A DNA stretch of 53,288 nucleotides, the filler included, from Catajapyx aquilonaris (taxonomy: Eukaryota): NCBI GenBank assembly GCA_000934665.2. It is 3 parts of 3 records of this genome, joined end to end, with 100 filler letters (N's around TTAATTAATTAA, not from the genome) between each part and the next. Parts side by side here need not be neighbours in the genome. Positions count along the whole stretch, not along the records: positions 1 to 17,730 come from KZ539614.1; 2 more parts are not named here. One strand, given 5' to 3'. Positions 1 to 13,890 of the stretch are shown piece by piece (within the stretch, counting starts at the first letter, position 1; every line of letters starts with the position of its first letter). A program made the position numbers and the translations under genes. The notes below the pieces were generated by a model. It made no database searches. It was not told where the DNA came from and saw only the letters and a program-made list of their open reading frames with translations.

Positions 1-1061
1 ATGTAAATTCTTGTTCTTGATTAGCCTTTGAATAATTGTGGATGATGAGATACATTGGCGCGGGGCCTTTATGGTCGGGTCGCCGTAACTCTGACACAGT
101 CGAGCGGAGGTTCCCATGAGTTGAATATTCTGGCCGGCTATAATAATTAATTATTCGTGTTGGATGCTTTGTTAGTTTTAATGATTTGGACGACAGATGA
201 ACGGTTTGTTTTAAAATAAAGTTCGTTTATTTAAGGATACGGTCATATACAACATATGGAGATCTAGTGATAAATACGGTATAGATTGCGTTATTATTTT
301 GAAAATTCCCGAGATGTTGGTTTCAATGTCATTTGCTCGTTTTGTTGCGATCCATTCCACTTTTAATTCTTAATTTTTCATTTAATTTTGGAATAACAAT
401 TGGGGATAACTTGCGTCAGAAGCTTTTGCACCGACAACATCCAGATAATAATAATAACTTCTCTATTACTTTTTCCCACAGCCGCGGAACCACCCTAAAG
501 CCTAGTAGTTATTCCAGCAGCTAACTATTATCAGCCCATTCATCCTTCAGGATAATATGCAACAAATTACTGCAATGCAGCCTCCTGCAAAAAAATAATA
601 GCGTTATCTCCTGTCGCAACAGCATGGTACAAAAAATTATCCATCGAAGCAGTATCTCAGCCAATTCCAGACCGCATCACACTTTCATACGTGCATGCAC
701 ACGCAGCACTGTACATTACACTGACACGACCATGCCATGACCGATGGCATCAAGTATGACACATTTTCCGGTTTAGAAAAAAAAAATGCAACATGCAGCA
801 CCAGCAACAATTACTCTAAAGTTTCATCAGCAAGCTAAATCCATTTTAGGAGACTAATGCCGGCCTGGGAGTGTACTGCACGTGAGCAGAAAATTAGTAC
901 AGTACAGCGTCGCGCATTAGGTATAGTGTACATAATAAAATATGTGCAGTCCGAGTAATTGGAGCGCACTAATTACAGAATTGCAAGGCTGTATTCACTA
1001 ATTCATGCGCAGTAAAATTTGTGCGCATGAGAAAATCACGTAGAATTGGCTCGAGTCTATA

Positions 1062-1270
1062 TGCCTCGGTTTGTCCGGAGTGAGCTCCTGGCACGACCCT
1101 GAGAGTGACAGTAGTGTGCGCCATCTACGTGAGGGATATGGTGCTCCTTACATCTTTCTCCTAATAGGCTTATTCTCTCCGTTTGATGTTTGTCCGACTT
1201 GGTAGTACCACTATCTCTCGCATGACCAGAGGGTGGCAGGAGTGTGCAGAGGAGTATGCGACATCTATGC
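1062..1270 (-). repeat. Two adjacent copies of an old ~110-bp dispersed repeat (AGATGGCGC...CACTACTGCCACT...GGTCGTG...CGGACAAAC)
   Basis: Reverse complements of ~1062-1130 and ~1165-1270 align by eye with + copies at 11047-11135 and 12481-12585 and with a split - copy at 13850-13890/14709-14779. Confidence 0.7.
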
Positions 1271-1694
1271 GTGAAAATAGTACTACGTGGTAAATCGACG
1301 GGCCATCTCATTTAAGTTGTTTGATTATTATTACTGTCTGGTACTGCTTTTAGGTTTTGGTTCACTAGTACTACAAGTATATGGCCAGATATGGATTGTT
1401 TTATTAGCTAAAAATTTGAATACTTCCCTCTCGTTACAACACATACTCCTTAAGGATTTAAACGCGGTACGAGACACAGAAAGACAAACTGCACATTGGC
1501 ACAAAACAAAAATGGGAAAAGGCTGCTAACAAAATTAATTGTCCCAATCTCCGCTTGGTGAACACTTTTTTGTGTCCCGACACCAACCATTGTTCCAAAT
1601 GAAACTGTTGTGTAATGAGCCAGAAACATGCCATCTGTGCGTTTCGCTGAAAGTGGCCAATCGGTTAACACTTTTTTTTTTTGGGGGGGGGGGG

Positions 1695-1848
1695 NNNNNN
1701 NNNNNNNNNNNNNNNNNNNNNNNNNNNNNNNNNNNNNNNNNNNNNNNNNNNNNNNNNNNNNNNNNNNNNNNNNNNNNNNNNNNNNNNNNNNNNNNNNNNN
1801 NNNNNNNNNNNNNNNNNNNNNNNNNNNNNNNNNNNNNNNNNNNNNNNN
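1695..1848. other. Assembly gap flanked by poly-G/poly-C
   Basis: Run of N; ORFs spanning it are artefacts. Confidence 0.99.
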
Positions 1849-2220
1849 GCCCCCCCCCCCCCCCCCCTCTTCCCCTCCCCTCTTCTCTGCAAATTGCTCT
1901 CGATGACGTCAAGATGTTACTTTGCAACGAGGGCAAAAGGGTGATGCCCAAAAGTGTCACAGGGTGGTCCAACAATATTGGGTAATAATAAACAATTCTT
2001 GGAGAGGAAATCACAATATCTGGTATAATATTTTCATCCCACTGATAGTTACGGCTAATTCAGCAAACTTTAAAGAAATGTTAAGGGCTGACCAGCCAGT
2101 GCGGCTCTACAGCCTCTCGTATACCCGGTTTATTAACCAAGATACAAGCAATATACAAAATCACAAACAAAATACAATATTACAAATAAGATACAGTGTT
2201 ACAAAATTACCTTCACTCCA

Positions 2221-2298
2221 ACGTCCCCGTCACATCCTCACAGTTGCCCTACTCCAGTTAGCTGGAGTAGGGCAACTGTGAGGATGTGACGGGGACGT
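2221..2298. repeat. Near-perfect 78-bp palindrome (37-bp perfect arms, 4-nt centre TTAG)
   Basis: acgtccccgtcacatcctcacagttgccctactccag (2221-2257) is the exact reverse complement of 2262-2298. Confidence 0.97.
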
Positions 2299-2415
2299 AG
2301 TTAGTCAGCAAACTATCAATGGGACGAAAATTCCACCCATGGTGTTCAGTACAAATGTACAATCATAATAATTCAGAACAATTTGGAATACATCTGACTC
2401 TGGCAATAATTCCAA

Positions 2416-2990
2416 TAACTGCGATTTTGTAACTGCTACTAATGCGTAGTAATAGCTGTGATCTCGTGACTGCTACTAACACTTAGTAACAGCTGAGTAT
2501 TTGTAGCTGTTAGTAATAGTTGGGTTTTGTAACTGCTACTAACACATGTACTAGCTGCGTTTTTGTAACCGCTACTAATGCATAGTAATAGCTGTGATTT
2601 ACTTAGTAACAGCTGAATTTTTGTAGCTGTTACCAATACAGTAACAGCTGCGAGTTTGTAACTGCTACTAATATTCAGGAATAATATATTGTGGTTCTGT
2701 AGATGTTACTAATTCATGGTCTTACAGTACATGCGATTCTGTAATCGCTACTTGTACAGTGCTAGCCATATATCGAGGAAACCGCCAGCGACACTTTTCC
2801 GAAGCGACAGAAGAAGGAATCTGGCTCGCCCGGCTTGTAGCATGCTTATCTTCGATTCCTTCTTCTGCCGCTCCGGAAAAATGTCGCTGGCGGTAGCCCC
2901 GATATATGGCCAGCACTGTACGTAGTAATAGCTGCAATTTTGTAATTGCTACTGATACGTAGTAGGCTAATATAGCAGCGATTTTTTCAA
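2416..2990. repeat. Degenerate minisatellite (GTAACTGCTACTAAT...AGTAATAGCTG units, roughly 40-60 bp), interrupted by a MITE
   Basis: Recurrent gtaactgctactaa and agtaatagctg/agtaacagctg motifs on both sides of the 2757-2918 element. Confidence 0.8.
2757..2918. mobile_element. Palindromic Tc1/mariner-type MITE, family A, copy 1 (162 bp)
   Basis: TA|CAGTG...CACTG|TA ends with ~65-bp imperfect arms (ccagcgaca...ttccgaagcg.cagaagaaggaat / attccttcttctgccgc...aaatgtcgctgg). Homologous to 8180-8341 and 13891-14708. Confidence 0.9.
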
Positions 2991-5900
2991 CTGGAATGTT
3001 AGTCTTTGACCGTCAGTTGCAAGGTTAGTAAAATGTCAGCAATTTTAAACCCAAACTAGGCCCCATCCGGCTCTGTTCGCATAATAAAATAATCATACAT
3101 TATGTACACAGCCATCTTCATTTCCCCCAGAATAGCAGTCTCTGATAGCTAATAACTGACCGTGAGTGATTCACAAAGGGTTTGAGCCTACACATTTGTC
3201 GAATGCCATCAGGGGCCTGGTTTGGGAGTTTTTTTCCCCCAAAAAATCCAACAGTGTCGAGGCCTAGCGCTAGTGCCTGCATTTTTCATCCGGCGTTTCG
3301 ATGGAGAGCACTCATGGACCCTAGACATGAACGGCTTCCAACCTACATGACACACGCCACAAAATTTTTGCCTATATCATTGTTCCAGTGTACATTAGCC
3401 CGATGGGATGGGTGATACATATACATATACAGTACAGTACCCTCGTCTCTATACAAACGCCGCGCCGGCTCAATAATGACGGTTTAAAATAATGAATTCC
3501 TGCACTTGCTAACTCGTATACTTTGGGCGCAGACTGGTCGGTAATTGGATGTTAGCCCGATTCGCGAATTTTTGCGACAGGTATAGACACAGCCTGCTAT
3601 GAGCAGATTTCAATATTTGACGCGATTTTTTTTTACAAAAAGTTATTGGCAAATTTGTTGTAGTTTTGGAGACACAATCTCCCTGGAGCTGATCAGACTT
3701 TTTTTTCCAATGCTTTGGATCCTCAATGAAGCATGATCTCAAACTTCTTTCTTCTTCTCAATGTCTATCCCTGAAGCAAGCATCAGCCTCCAGAGTAGCA
3801 GAGTATTGCTGGAGAATTATAATTAGCCCCTGAAGCGCACCTCAGAAGAGGTTTACAAACTTATGAAATTCATGAAATCAGAGGAGTTTCCCTTTTCCCC
3901 GCAACAGCTTGAAAGCACACGAATTATCAAAAAAAAAAAGGCCTTTTGCCGGGGAGGATACTATCTGCTACATTATTCATCTCAAAGGTTCATAAATAAC
4001 TTCACCTTAATTACCCAGCCCGACTCGCTGCCAAAGTGCTGAGAACTAAAGGTGCAAAACTCATGGACTTTTTTTTTTTTTTTTTGCTTGACGACTGCCA
4101 TTCGACGGCAATTAATTGACGCCGCCATGTCGACAAAGGGAATTTGGGGCCCAGCTCATCGCATTTGTAACACTCGATTAACTCGATTTTGTCGCAACTA
4201 GGATTCGTCCGGGTTTGTACAATGACGCTTCTCAATATTTCAATGTAAGTTACACTGGAACAAAATAGATTAATACATTTCGCATAAGGATGAAGCAAAT
4301 GGACAATAATATTCGCCACGTGCAAATGGGGCAAGTACGGTAAATTTGCAGTACCGGCACAAATGTACAAGGGAATAAAGAAACTAGTGAATAAAACATA
4401 TTGCAAATAACCTTCAACATCACGTGTAGAATTATTGGATTCAGTATGTTACTTTGTCCGCGATGAGTCATCACTAACGTGGACCATCTATGCGACAGAT
4501 TTGGTACTACGTCCACAGTGGGTGCCAGGGCAGTATTGCCTAGCAAGGGGTTCCCTCTCGTGTAAAATAATTGATGCGTTGACATGGGAAAGGGCATACA
4601 AATAGAAATGTACCCCAAGAAGAAAAAGTCCACTACATTTAAATGCTAAACTCATAACCTGCTTTTCTTCCGCTTTTCATGACTGTCCGTTACAAAATCC
4701 AACAATAATAAAGCTGTTGTGCAATAAAATTTGATGCAAAGTGTTCTCAAAACTGATATTTTTCCCTAGCTTCTGTAAAAATTTATTTCCAAATAAATTA
4801 CAGGTGAATGAGGTGATGTTATTAATTCATAATGTAACCTGCGTCACTACCAACAGCGATTTTTGCGCGACGCAGTGCGTAAATTTCGAGTTTAAAAATT
4901 CAACACTGCAGTATTTTTTTTTGCGTGCAAACTATAGCAGGCACCTAATCCGTCAGCGATAGCCCCCGCGGTATGTTTGGAATATGTCCGGCTAATGAGT
5001 CTAGTCAGCAAGCTAATCGCCATCATTTTTAGCAATTTCCGCTGAGTAGCAGCACTTACTCTCCAGATGGGCAATGTCTGATAAATTCACCCAACTTCGC
5101 CTCCCATCGCAATTGATCCACCTACTTTGGCCTAACTCGATGATATTACCTACCAGCAGTTTCCCTCCCCTCCAATCCACTCGTAATTTACAAAAACGAC
5201 TATAAAAATGCCCGATCCAGGTTATAATTTGGATTCCATTACACGGGGGAGCACACGACGATCAAATTCGATGATAATGATTGGAAAAATAAAAGGCAAA
5301 CGGCTAGTTGATGCGATTAGACGAGGGATGGATCTAGGGAGAATTAAGATCAATGCAAAATTGAACCCTAATGAACTTTATCATTAATAATTTTTTAAAT
5401 CATCTAAAAAAATGCGGAACTGGGCTAGTCGAAAATAATTGCCCCAAAAAATGGTGCTCCAGATTTTTACGCCGCTCTAAATTATGAGTCTGGTTATTCC
5501 AAAACCAGGTTGTTAAATCCTCCCTCCATCAACCTCCTGGCAATAATTCGAACCACACTGCTTATATGTGCCATTAACACGGCCCACATAAGCCTTCTGC
5601 GCGTGTCATATTTCTGCTCAGGTGATGCGACCCGGATGGTAATCAACATTCCACGTGAAGGAGTTATGCAAATCCGTTGCGTAAACGTGGGTCGTTTTAT
5701 CCCTTCCAGCGTTGACAATCCAAGGGAAGGAAGCTGCTGGTATCTGGACCAGGGAAGTTTCCTTTTCTCCTCCTCCAGAAGCACAGCATCTCCGAAGGGG
5801 GGGGGGNNNNGGGGGGGGTGCTCCGAGTGTCATGAACAGACAAGAGATGTTCAAATCCCAGTAGACTGTCAAAACTTACTTGCACCGGCTCCTGCACTGC

Positions 5901-8179
5901 ATAAACAAGTTTGACGCCACCGGCATACTTAGTAGCAACGACTCTTTTGCACCGGAAAAAAAAACCTTGGCTCCGGATTTTGGACACGAATGCGATAATT
6001 GCTGTTTATGGTGCAGCTCCCTAAATCGGCCCTTAGCAATGCAACACTTGGGAACACTGCACGTAACAACATTCCCACGTAGCTGATGACTCACTCTGGA
6101 CAAACAGAGGCACAACTGTAGCCAATTCTATATATGTAATACGGAAATCCGTATACACGAAGAGCTCAACCATACATGTAAACAAGCAGCACCAATGTGT
6201 CATTCCTCGATAAATATTATCGCGGGTTTAAAAGTCACTCTCAAATTGGCAGGGAAAAGGCGTGGCCTAGTGGGTGCATTCCCACTCCTGCCTAACCACA
6301 GTGACGTCAGCAGACTGATGCACCTGCTTTACTTGGCTGTCACTCAATTCCGTTGGTATAGGGGCCAACAAACCAAACAAAGAAACACCCGGGTGCGTTC
6401 CTACCGATCTGTTTAGCCACAGTGACGTCAGCGTCAGAGGGCAATACGATACCGTATAATTAATATGATTATAGATCGATCAGAACTCGATAACTAATAC
6501 GGAGTTCTTCAAACAAATAACACCAAAATTCATTTACAAATGAGGACGATATTTTTACTTGGGTTTGTAATGTAGGCTAGAACCCAATTAGCACACCATG
6601 CACAGTGCATTGGACGCAAACATGATCCAAAAATACTTCTAAATAAATTCATTGGTTGAATGAAATGAATGCGGATGATTCATCTTTATGAATCAGTTTT
6701 CGCAACTGGGTCACTCATTTGCATGTGCATTTTGCATTCGGGTGGAGTCCAGTAAGCCCAGCAAAAGCCGGCTGGAAATGTTCGGTACGCAGTGCACAAA
6801 AGTTTCATTCAAAAATTATTTAAATGGAGGATCGTTGTGGGTGTGGGGGATCTAATAATTGCAACAAAAAAACATGGGATAAAATAGTCATCTCTGTCTG
6901 CAGCATCACGCACTGTTGGCACGCACTAAAACTGCGTGCCAGCCGGTCATGCACAGAAGGTGTAACAACACCCCGCAAGGTGATAAATGCATGTTACAAG
7001 TGTCGTCAAGGCAATTGCAGCAAGAGAGATAACTGTTTCAAATACTTGGGCGCTGCTGGCATAATCTGGGTCTAAAATTATTAGATCCAATTAGGAAGCA
7101 TTGATGGGGAGGAGGCTAATAACACATGCAGCTATTACCGCGCAGATTGGAAAAGGCTTTTTAGCCCACCCAAAATTAGTCAGGTCTCGCTCTATCTCCA
7201 AAAAGGATCGCGTGCGAATGTACAGGAATGGCTCCCCGTATCACTCAATGGCATTGCTAAAAATTTGCATATATGTGATGTCGGATTTTGCGAAATTGAC
7301 CGGTATGTACAAGGTGTTCCAGAAATGACCTCAGTGCGACCGCTTACTTTTTAATAAGTTACTTTTGAATAGGTCTCTCACATAACAATCCAAAACCGGT
7401 GTCATATCCGGCTTCAAAAGTTCCGTACAAGTGCAGCAGGCTCATAACAAATGCAAAGCAAGCTCGGGATCCATTTTTTCCCCCCGCCTGTTCTCCTCTC
7501 TCTCTTGGTCCAACATGACGCTGTCATCTGCTGCTAGATTACATCGCAGCTGAAAACCAGATTAACATAATTCCCAGAGCAATCTCCCCGCAAGGTGTAG
7601 TATGGGGAATTAGATCTGACTTATTGATGACTTGTAAAGATAATTCGAGGGAAAAGGCAAGTTCTTCCGGGCATGTCAGCCTACACAGACAAAAAAAAAG
7701 GCCATTTTCGACTCCAAACCAACCTCAGCACGCAAAAAAAGGAGAGTTTCGAGTGGTGTTATAAAGCTCAAATTGCCAAATCGTCAAGGTGCCAACCTAA
7801 TTGCCTCATTATTGTTCCAAAAGAAAAATTTAGGTAAAAGTTTGTTCAAGTTACAGTTTATAGTTCAGAAGTGGTCGACATTGCTTTTTAACCTCTAGAA
7901 GTAACGCAATATGTTCCTTAAATATGGCCTTAACAATGAGCCTGTTTCAATATCATAAGTTGAGAAAATATTGGCCAAAATTAATGTTTCTACTGTCTAA
8001 AAGTCTTGTGTACACTTTTGATATACAACGTGTGTGTATTATTCTTTGTACACATATAAGTACTAGTGTATGATGAAGACACAATTTGTGCACAGAAATG
8101 AAGCAAATCAAACAGGTGACACAATATTTATGTACTAATGTACACAATGCAATACACACTTTGTGTACTTTCTTGTGTA

Positions 8180-8341
8180 CAGTGTTGGACATTAATCGAG
8201 GCATACTGCCAGCGACATTTTCCTAAGCGGCAGAAGAAGGAATCGAAGATAAGGATACTGCAAGCCGGGCGAGCAAGATTCCTTCTTCTGCCGCTTCGGA
8301 AAATGTCGCTAGCAGTATGCCTCGATTAATGTCCAACACTG
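8180..8341. mobile_element. Palindromic Tc1/mariner-type MITE, family A, copy 2 (162 bp)
   Basis: TA target duplication; cagtgttggacattaatcgaggcatactgc at left and its reverse complement at right; same internal arms as copy 1. Confidence 0.92.
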
Positions 8342-8423
8342 TACCCTAGATAGACAAGCTACTATTTTGACAACTTAACCTAAACCACATCAATATTTTA
8401 TATGTAACGGCCTAGAATAAACA

Positions 8424-8760
8424 TTACTTTATACATGACCAGTAGATGGTAATGTTTGAGTGAATTTCAGATGTGCTATCACGTATGACACAAAGCTAGT
8501 TCTATGTAAAGTTAAACACGACAGGGAGACCTCGACCTCACATGTAAAAGGATATGTGATAGTCTGACGCGGTCTGACGTAAACGTTACTTTATACGTGA
8601 CCTGTCCAAGATAGCAACGTTTAAGTGATGGATTTCAGCTGTGCTATCACGTATAAAACATAGCTAGCCACATAAAACTGTACGTGTCACGATGACAATT
8701 AATCCATCACATGTAAAAGTATACGTGACGGCCTCATTGTCACGTACATACAAGCGTGAC
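8424..8760. repeat. Degenerate ~160-bp tandem duplication
   Basis: ttactttatac(a/g)tgacc...atttcag(a/c)tgtgctatcacgtat...agctag...tcacatgtaaaag occurs twice, starting near 8424 and 8586. Confidence 0.75.
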
Positions 8761-9424
8761 GGTAAAAGTAACCGGTTTAAGAATGTACTAACACTTTCAA
8801 GTGAAATAATATTAAGTTGGCATCACTGATCCCAGGTTTTTGACCAATTACTCCGGACAGAAAAAAATTGAGCAGGCAATGATCAGCAAAAGGACGGGTG
8901 CGCCTAACAATAAAATCAGCCGACAGGTGTGCTTACGCCCAATTTAATGCAACGAACAGCAATCTTAACCATGCCTCCCCCCAATTAAGTCGTTAGGCCC
9001 GGAATTAATGACAAAAGTCCAAATAAGCGGGGCCCCTGACTCGCGTGTGGATTGCCAGATAGACAAGTGCAATAAATGTTCCAGACGGGAGAAGACAATC
9101 GCTAGTTTTACACACGTACAAAAAAAAGAGAGGCCTTCAATTTAGATATCACGGAGAGAGGGCCAGTAGTATATAAAACTGCGCCACACGAAATGACTGA
9201 TGAGACCCATTTACTTTTCTCAATAGGAAATTGCCTCCGAGCAATGTAGCCCTCGTTTGCTCGATGGGTTAAAAACAAGCGGCTTTTGTCTGAGACAAAG
9301 CAATTACTACAACCCACAGGCCACCCTAGGCGTTGAAGGATATGTAGTAATCATTCCACTCCATCTGACCGGTTTTACACCGTCAGCTGAGGGTTTATAA
9401 GCGCTAAAGGGATGGTTACCAGTA

Positions 9425-9698
9425 CAGGGTGGTGCACTGCCACAGTTCGGCAGAAGTTGCGGCCAGATTCAGTCAAAAAAGTATTTTAATATTCAATAAT
9501 ATTGCTTCGCAAAGAGTATTGGATACAATTTCAAAGAATGAAAGACGCTTTAAAAACTTATAAAACTGTTTGTCCAACATCTTTATATTGGATTCTTGGC
9601 TAAAATCTGCATAATTATATGAACATTAATTTTTAATGAACAAAGAGGACGATTATAAACTGGTTTTACACTTCTCACTTAGGCAGTGCACCACCCTG
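9425..9698. mobile_element. Mariner-like MITE with 17-bp TIRs
   Basis: cagggtggtgcactgcc ... ggcagtgcaccaccctg; TA on the left and TG (mutated TSD?) on the right; AT-rich interior. Confidence 0.75.
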
Positions 9699-11046
9699 TG
9701 CTTGTTGGCACTGGCAACTGTGCATCACTGTTTTGTGTAATGAGCTCGCCTTCACCTTTTGGGCGAAGAGGGAGTAATTACACAGCGATGAATAAACGTG
9801 TAGCCGAAGGCCATAGTTATTGTCTGGATGATCGCATTAGGTCAAGTGTGTAGGCGTGCGAAATTACATGGTGCGAAACTGCTCTAAGGGGGCAGGCCTG
9901 TTATGCCAGGAAACCACAACAGTTGAGTTTACAAAAAATGTTCATTCTTTCAAAATCTCATGGAGGAGGAAGCTTGGTTCTTGAATTAACGTGCCGGTTT
10001 TGGAAGGTGCCGCGCCGTGAGGTCATGTGTTTGGCGATGGATCCCATTTAGTCGAAGGCCACGTTGCGGTTTTCTAAACGGGATGATTGCTTCTACACGT
10101 GTGCATTTTCAGAGCCAAGCATTAATTTCAAATGTTTATAACAAACCATCGCAATTTTTTTGTGTTTCAATCCACGCCCGTGCTATTAGTAATTGGCGAG
10201 CGATTGCTTCAAAACCTGTTCCTACAACAATGGTTAGGTTGCTAAAATAGCTCGAAGCCGACGCTGCAGCGGTTTGCGGTTTGCGGCTTTTGCCTGAAGC
10301 ATTGCTTGATGAACTCTATATACTGCCAGTTAGCCGCATATTTACACAGCAGGATGTAGGCAACGCCCACACTACTAGCAATATATTCCCTAAAATGTCC
10401 GGACCAACATTTGTGTGTGTGTGTGTATTTATGACACAACACATCAAAATAGCAGCACTCCAAACCTAAAACGTGCCGTCAAAAAACAAACCCCCACCAT
10501 ACTCTCTCTCTCTAGTGGTACACCGGGGTCAGACAATACATTATCAGAAGCGCAACATTATGGCTACAAGCTGTGGCATTTGACCTCAATTACGACAAAT
10601 ATCCATTAGTCTGATTAAAGCAAATAGAACTGATTGTTACCGCCCAGTACTTTTTGTATGGATAAAATCCGGCGGTCCTCTCCTCTCAATAGCGTTTCAT
10701 CAACAGGCAGGTGTCGCCAATTTTATTGCCATTACCGTCCCGCACCATCATTTTGCACAAAAACTTTCTCAAACTCTCTCGCTCTCTCTCCAAAACTCAC
10801 TTGTGGCTTTGCTCGAACATCGATCCATTAATACCCCCGGAATTTCCCCGCAGTCCAAACTTACCGGAGCCAACAATGAGAGGCTGGAAGGGAGAGAGGC
10901 TTAAAATGAAGCCCTGCAAGTTCATGCCCATGCACAGCATTCACCCATAGTTTAAGAGAGAATTACATGCACTATATATGGGTGCAGTTTTAGTTCTACA
11001 CTAGTAGTGAACCCCCACGACTGGTCACATAGTACTTTAGTTCGTT

Positions 11047-11135
11047 CATAGATGGCGCATCCCCCCTCTCTGCACACTACTGCCACTAAGAATCGGGTGA
11101 GGGATACTGGAACTACATGTACCGGTCAAACAGCG
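11047..11135 (+). repeat. Old dispersed repeat copy (AGATGGCGC family)
   Basis: catagatggcgcatc...tgcacactactgccact...gagggatactggaactac matches the reverse complement of 1200-1270. Confidence 0.7.
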
Positions 11136-12480
11136 TCACAGACTCAAGTTAATTACTACATATTATCCCTCCTAGACCGGCGATATATCGACTTTGTGAC
11201 TGTTATATTCTTAGATAAGCACCACGTGCTTCTGGATGAAATGTAGGCAACCTCCCCCCCCCCCCTCCCCCACCACCACCACCACCACCACCAACAGAGG
11301 GTAGATGTCCGTAGACTTTGTCTCAGCCTAAGACCATGGGTTTGCTAGATCTTGTCCAAATGCTTTCAAAACAATGTTTTTTTTTGTAACAACAGATGGC
11401 AGCATGTCTCAGGGTCTGGCTTCCTGGGTTGCCAGACTTTTGTGATATTTCTTAATTGCATTTGTAAATTAGGGCTAGAGACTATCACTCGGAGAAATTT
11501 GGCTGAGTTTTGATGATTAACTTGAGAAGTATGAGTTAATATTGATTTCCATCCATTAACACAAAATTATAAATTCAAAATGGTCACATGACCAGAGTGA
11601 CAACCAAATTGCATATTTGTTATTTTTTTTGAAAAGACCCAAGTCTAAGCTAAACATTGATTTATAACTTTCCTATAGTGTATAATCTTTTATTGTAACA
11701 TGGTTTTTGGGGTCATACAGAATTTACTAAAAAGCTTAAAAACAACTACTCAAATGTCTTGCAGGCTTCTCAGGGTTAAGCAACAGCATGCTGATCCTTC
11801 TGCATTTCAGGTGTGCGTACATGTAATTTCACCCGCCTTTTTTCCGTCTCCTTTTGCTGCTGCCTGCTCATTTGATTTACAGCCGGATTTCGCAGGTCGG
11901 CGTAATTTCGCCCCGTTTACATACACTCCGCAATTACTGGCCGGCTGCCGTTACTATTTTACAACCTCGAGAGTAGGCTGGCAAAAGCATTCGTGACTTT
12001 CTACGTTTTCAGCATGTGCATATAGGGGGAGACAAACACACACACACACACCCCACACAGTCCGAAAATGGGGGGCTTCATCCCTAGCGGACATCCAACA
12101 TATCAGCAGGATAAACAAACATGCATACACTACACTGGCGAGCATTCACACACTGGAACATCACCCAGGCTGTTTTACGACGTCATGAATACGTAAACAG
12201 TGGACGGACCACAAATTAGAGATTCATGAGTTGGTCTGAATGCCCGCCCCCAAACGGGGAGGGGTTGCCTGCATGTATATACAGGGTGATGTATTAACCA
12301 AGTCCATAGTTCAAGAGGATCAGGGAGGTGCAGTGAGAAAATAACTTACTGTTTGCAACACTTCGCCCAAATTAAGTCCGATAATAAATTATAAGCGTGT
12401 ATTTATTTCATTACCAGCAGTACACCCCTTGTCAAAACTTGGCAACACTGCCCGGGCTGAACGTAATGCGACATGTTTCA

Positions 12481-12585
12481 CAGATGGCGCATTCATCCTC
12501 TGAACACTTCTGCCACTCAGGATCGTGTGAGACGCAGTAAAACTATCAGCTCGGCCAAACAACAGACGGAAAGATCAGCGTACCA
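12481..12585 (+). repeat. Old dispersed repeat copy (AGATGGCGC family)
   Basis: agatggcgcatt...acacttctgccactcaggatcgtgtgag...tcggccaaacaacagacgga aligns with the other copies. Confidence 0.7.
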
Positions 12586-13890
12586 AGTGGGTTTGGTAGC
12601 CGTGACATACCAACAACCTTTCTGCTTTATACTATACATTTTATTTCAATAGGGTGCAATCCATCCTTGGGCAGTACCACGCAGCACTCACGCAATTACA
12701 CGCGCACTATAATTACCGGTCCATACTTCCTCCTACAGATATGTTTATGAATATGCCACACAATGGATGTATACTTTGAATGCTGGTTGCCACACCTTTC
12801 TGATCGCCTGCATTGGGGGTGTAGAGGTACTTACACACTCTCCCCCTCCTCGAAATGAAACCATGGCGGTTAAGTTATTAAAATGGTTGGAGGGGGGTGG
12901 AAGGTCGTAATTGGGCTACATTCATTGCCTGCCCTACACGTGTACGGACCCTTCATGTAATTCCATCCGGAAGGATTTTGGGGGTGATGGTGCGACCTAC
13001 GCATTGTTCGGTGGGGGGCATGAAAAGTACGGACGGAGGGGCTAATGAAATGGAGGTTGCGGGGCACGGGCTGGCCCTTAATTAATAGAAAGAGAGGAGG
13101 GTGCGTTATTATGGCTCTCAAATGTGCCCTTGAATTAAATTTGTTCCGAGAGGATACGCACCCGAGCTGCGTGTGCTCAGAGAAACATGAAAAGCAAAGG
13201 CGACAATGCGGAGGAGTCACATTTGCGGCCAGTAAACATTTTTTTCGACAGGAAAAAGCGACACGGGAAGTGTGAAAATTGCCCTTATGAACAGTAACAA
13301 GGTCCGGTTGCCCAAACTCCAGGAAACATTTTTGTCTCCAGCCAAATGTTTCCTGGAGGTGGTGCAACCGGACTTTAGTAGTGTTCACAATGGGATTTTA
13401 CGCTTTCTTATCATTTTTTCTTTTCGAAAAATGTTGCACCACTTCCAGGACACATTTTCCGGCAGGAAAAAAGCCAGGGAGGTTTGTTGGCTCCTGTCGA
13501 AATATTTCCTGGAGGTTGTGCAACCAGTCCTTATTACTGCTCATAATGGATATTTACACTTTCTGGTCACTTTTTCATGGCTAAAATGTTCACCGGTTGC
13601 ACCATCTCCAGGATACATTTTTCGACCGGAAAAGAGCCCGAGAGTTGGCTCCAGCCGGAAAATGGTGCAATCGATCATTATTACTGTTCATAATTGCATG
13701 TCACACTTTCTTGTAAGTTTTTCCTGGAGAAAAATGTTCACCGGTTGCACCATCTCCAGAAAAAAAATTCTCGGCCGGAAAAAGTCAGAAGATCAGTTAA
13801 CTTCAGCCGAAAAATGTTTCCTGGAGGTGGTGCAACACATATATAATTGCCTCAAATCTGTCCCTCTGTTTGTCCGATGCATGTATAGTA

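Noticed and set aside
1535..2014. Several 75-159 aa ORFs
   Set aside because: They are open only because they cross an N gap and G/C homopolymers.
5494..6115. Minus-strand ORFs with faint gypsy integrase flavour (LPWSR, PTFT, VASP)
   Set aside because: No intact HHCC or DD35E residues; too weak to call without a profile search.
13300..13840. Regularly spaced palindromic repeats resembling a CRISPR array
   Set aside because: Units are degenerate, the spacers resemble each other, the context is eukaryotic and there are no cas genes.
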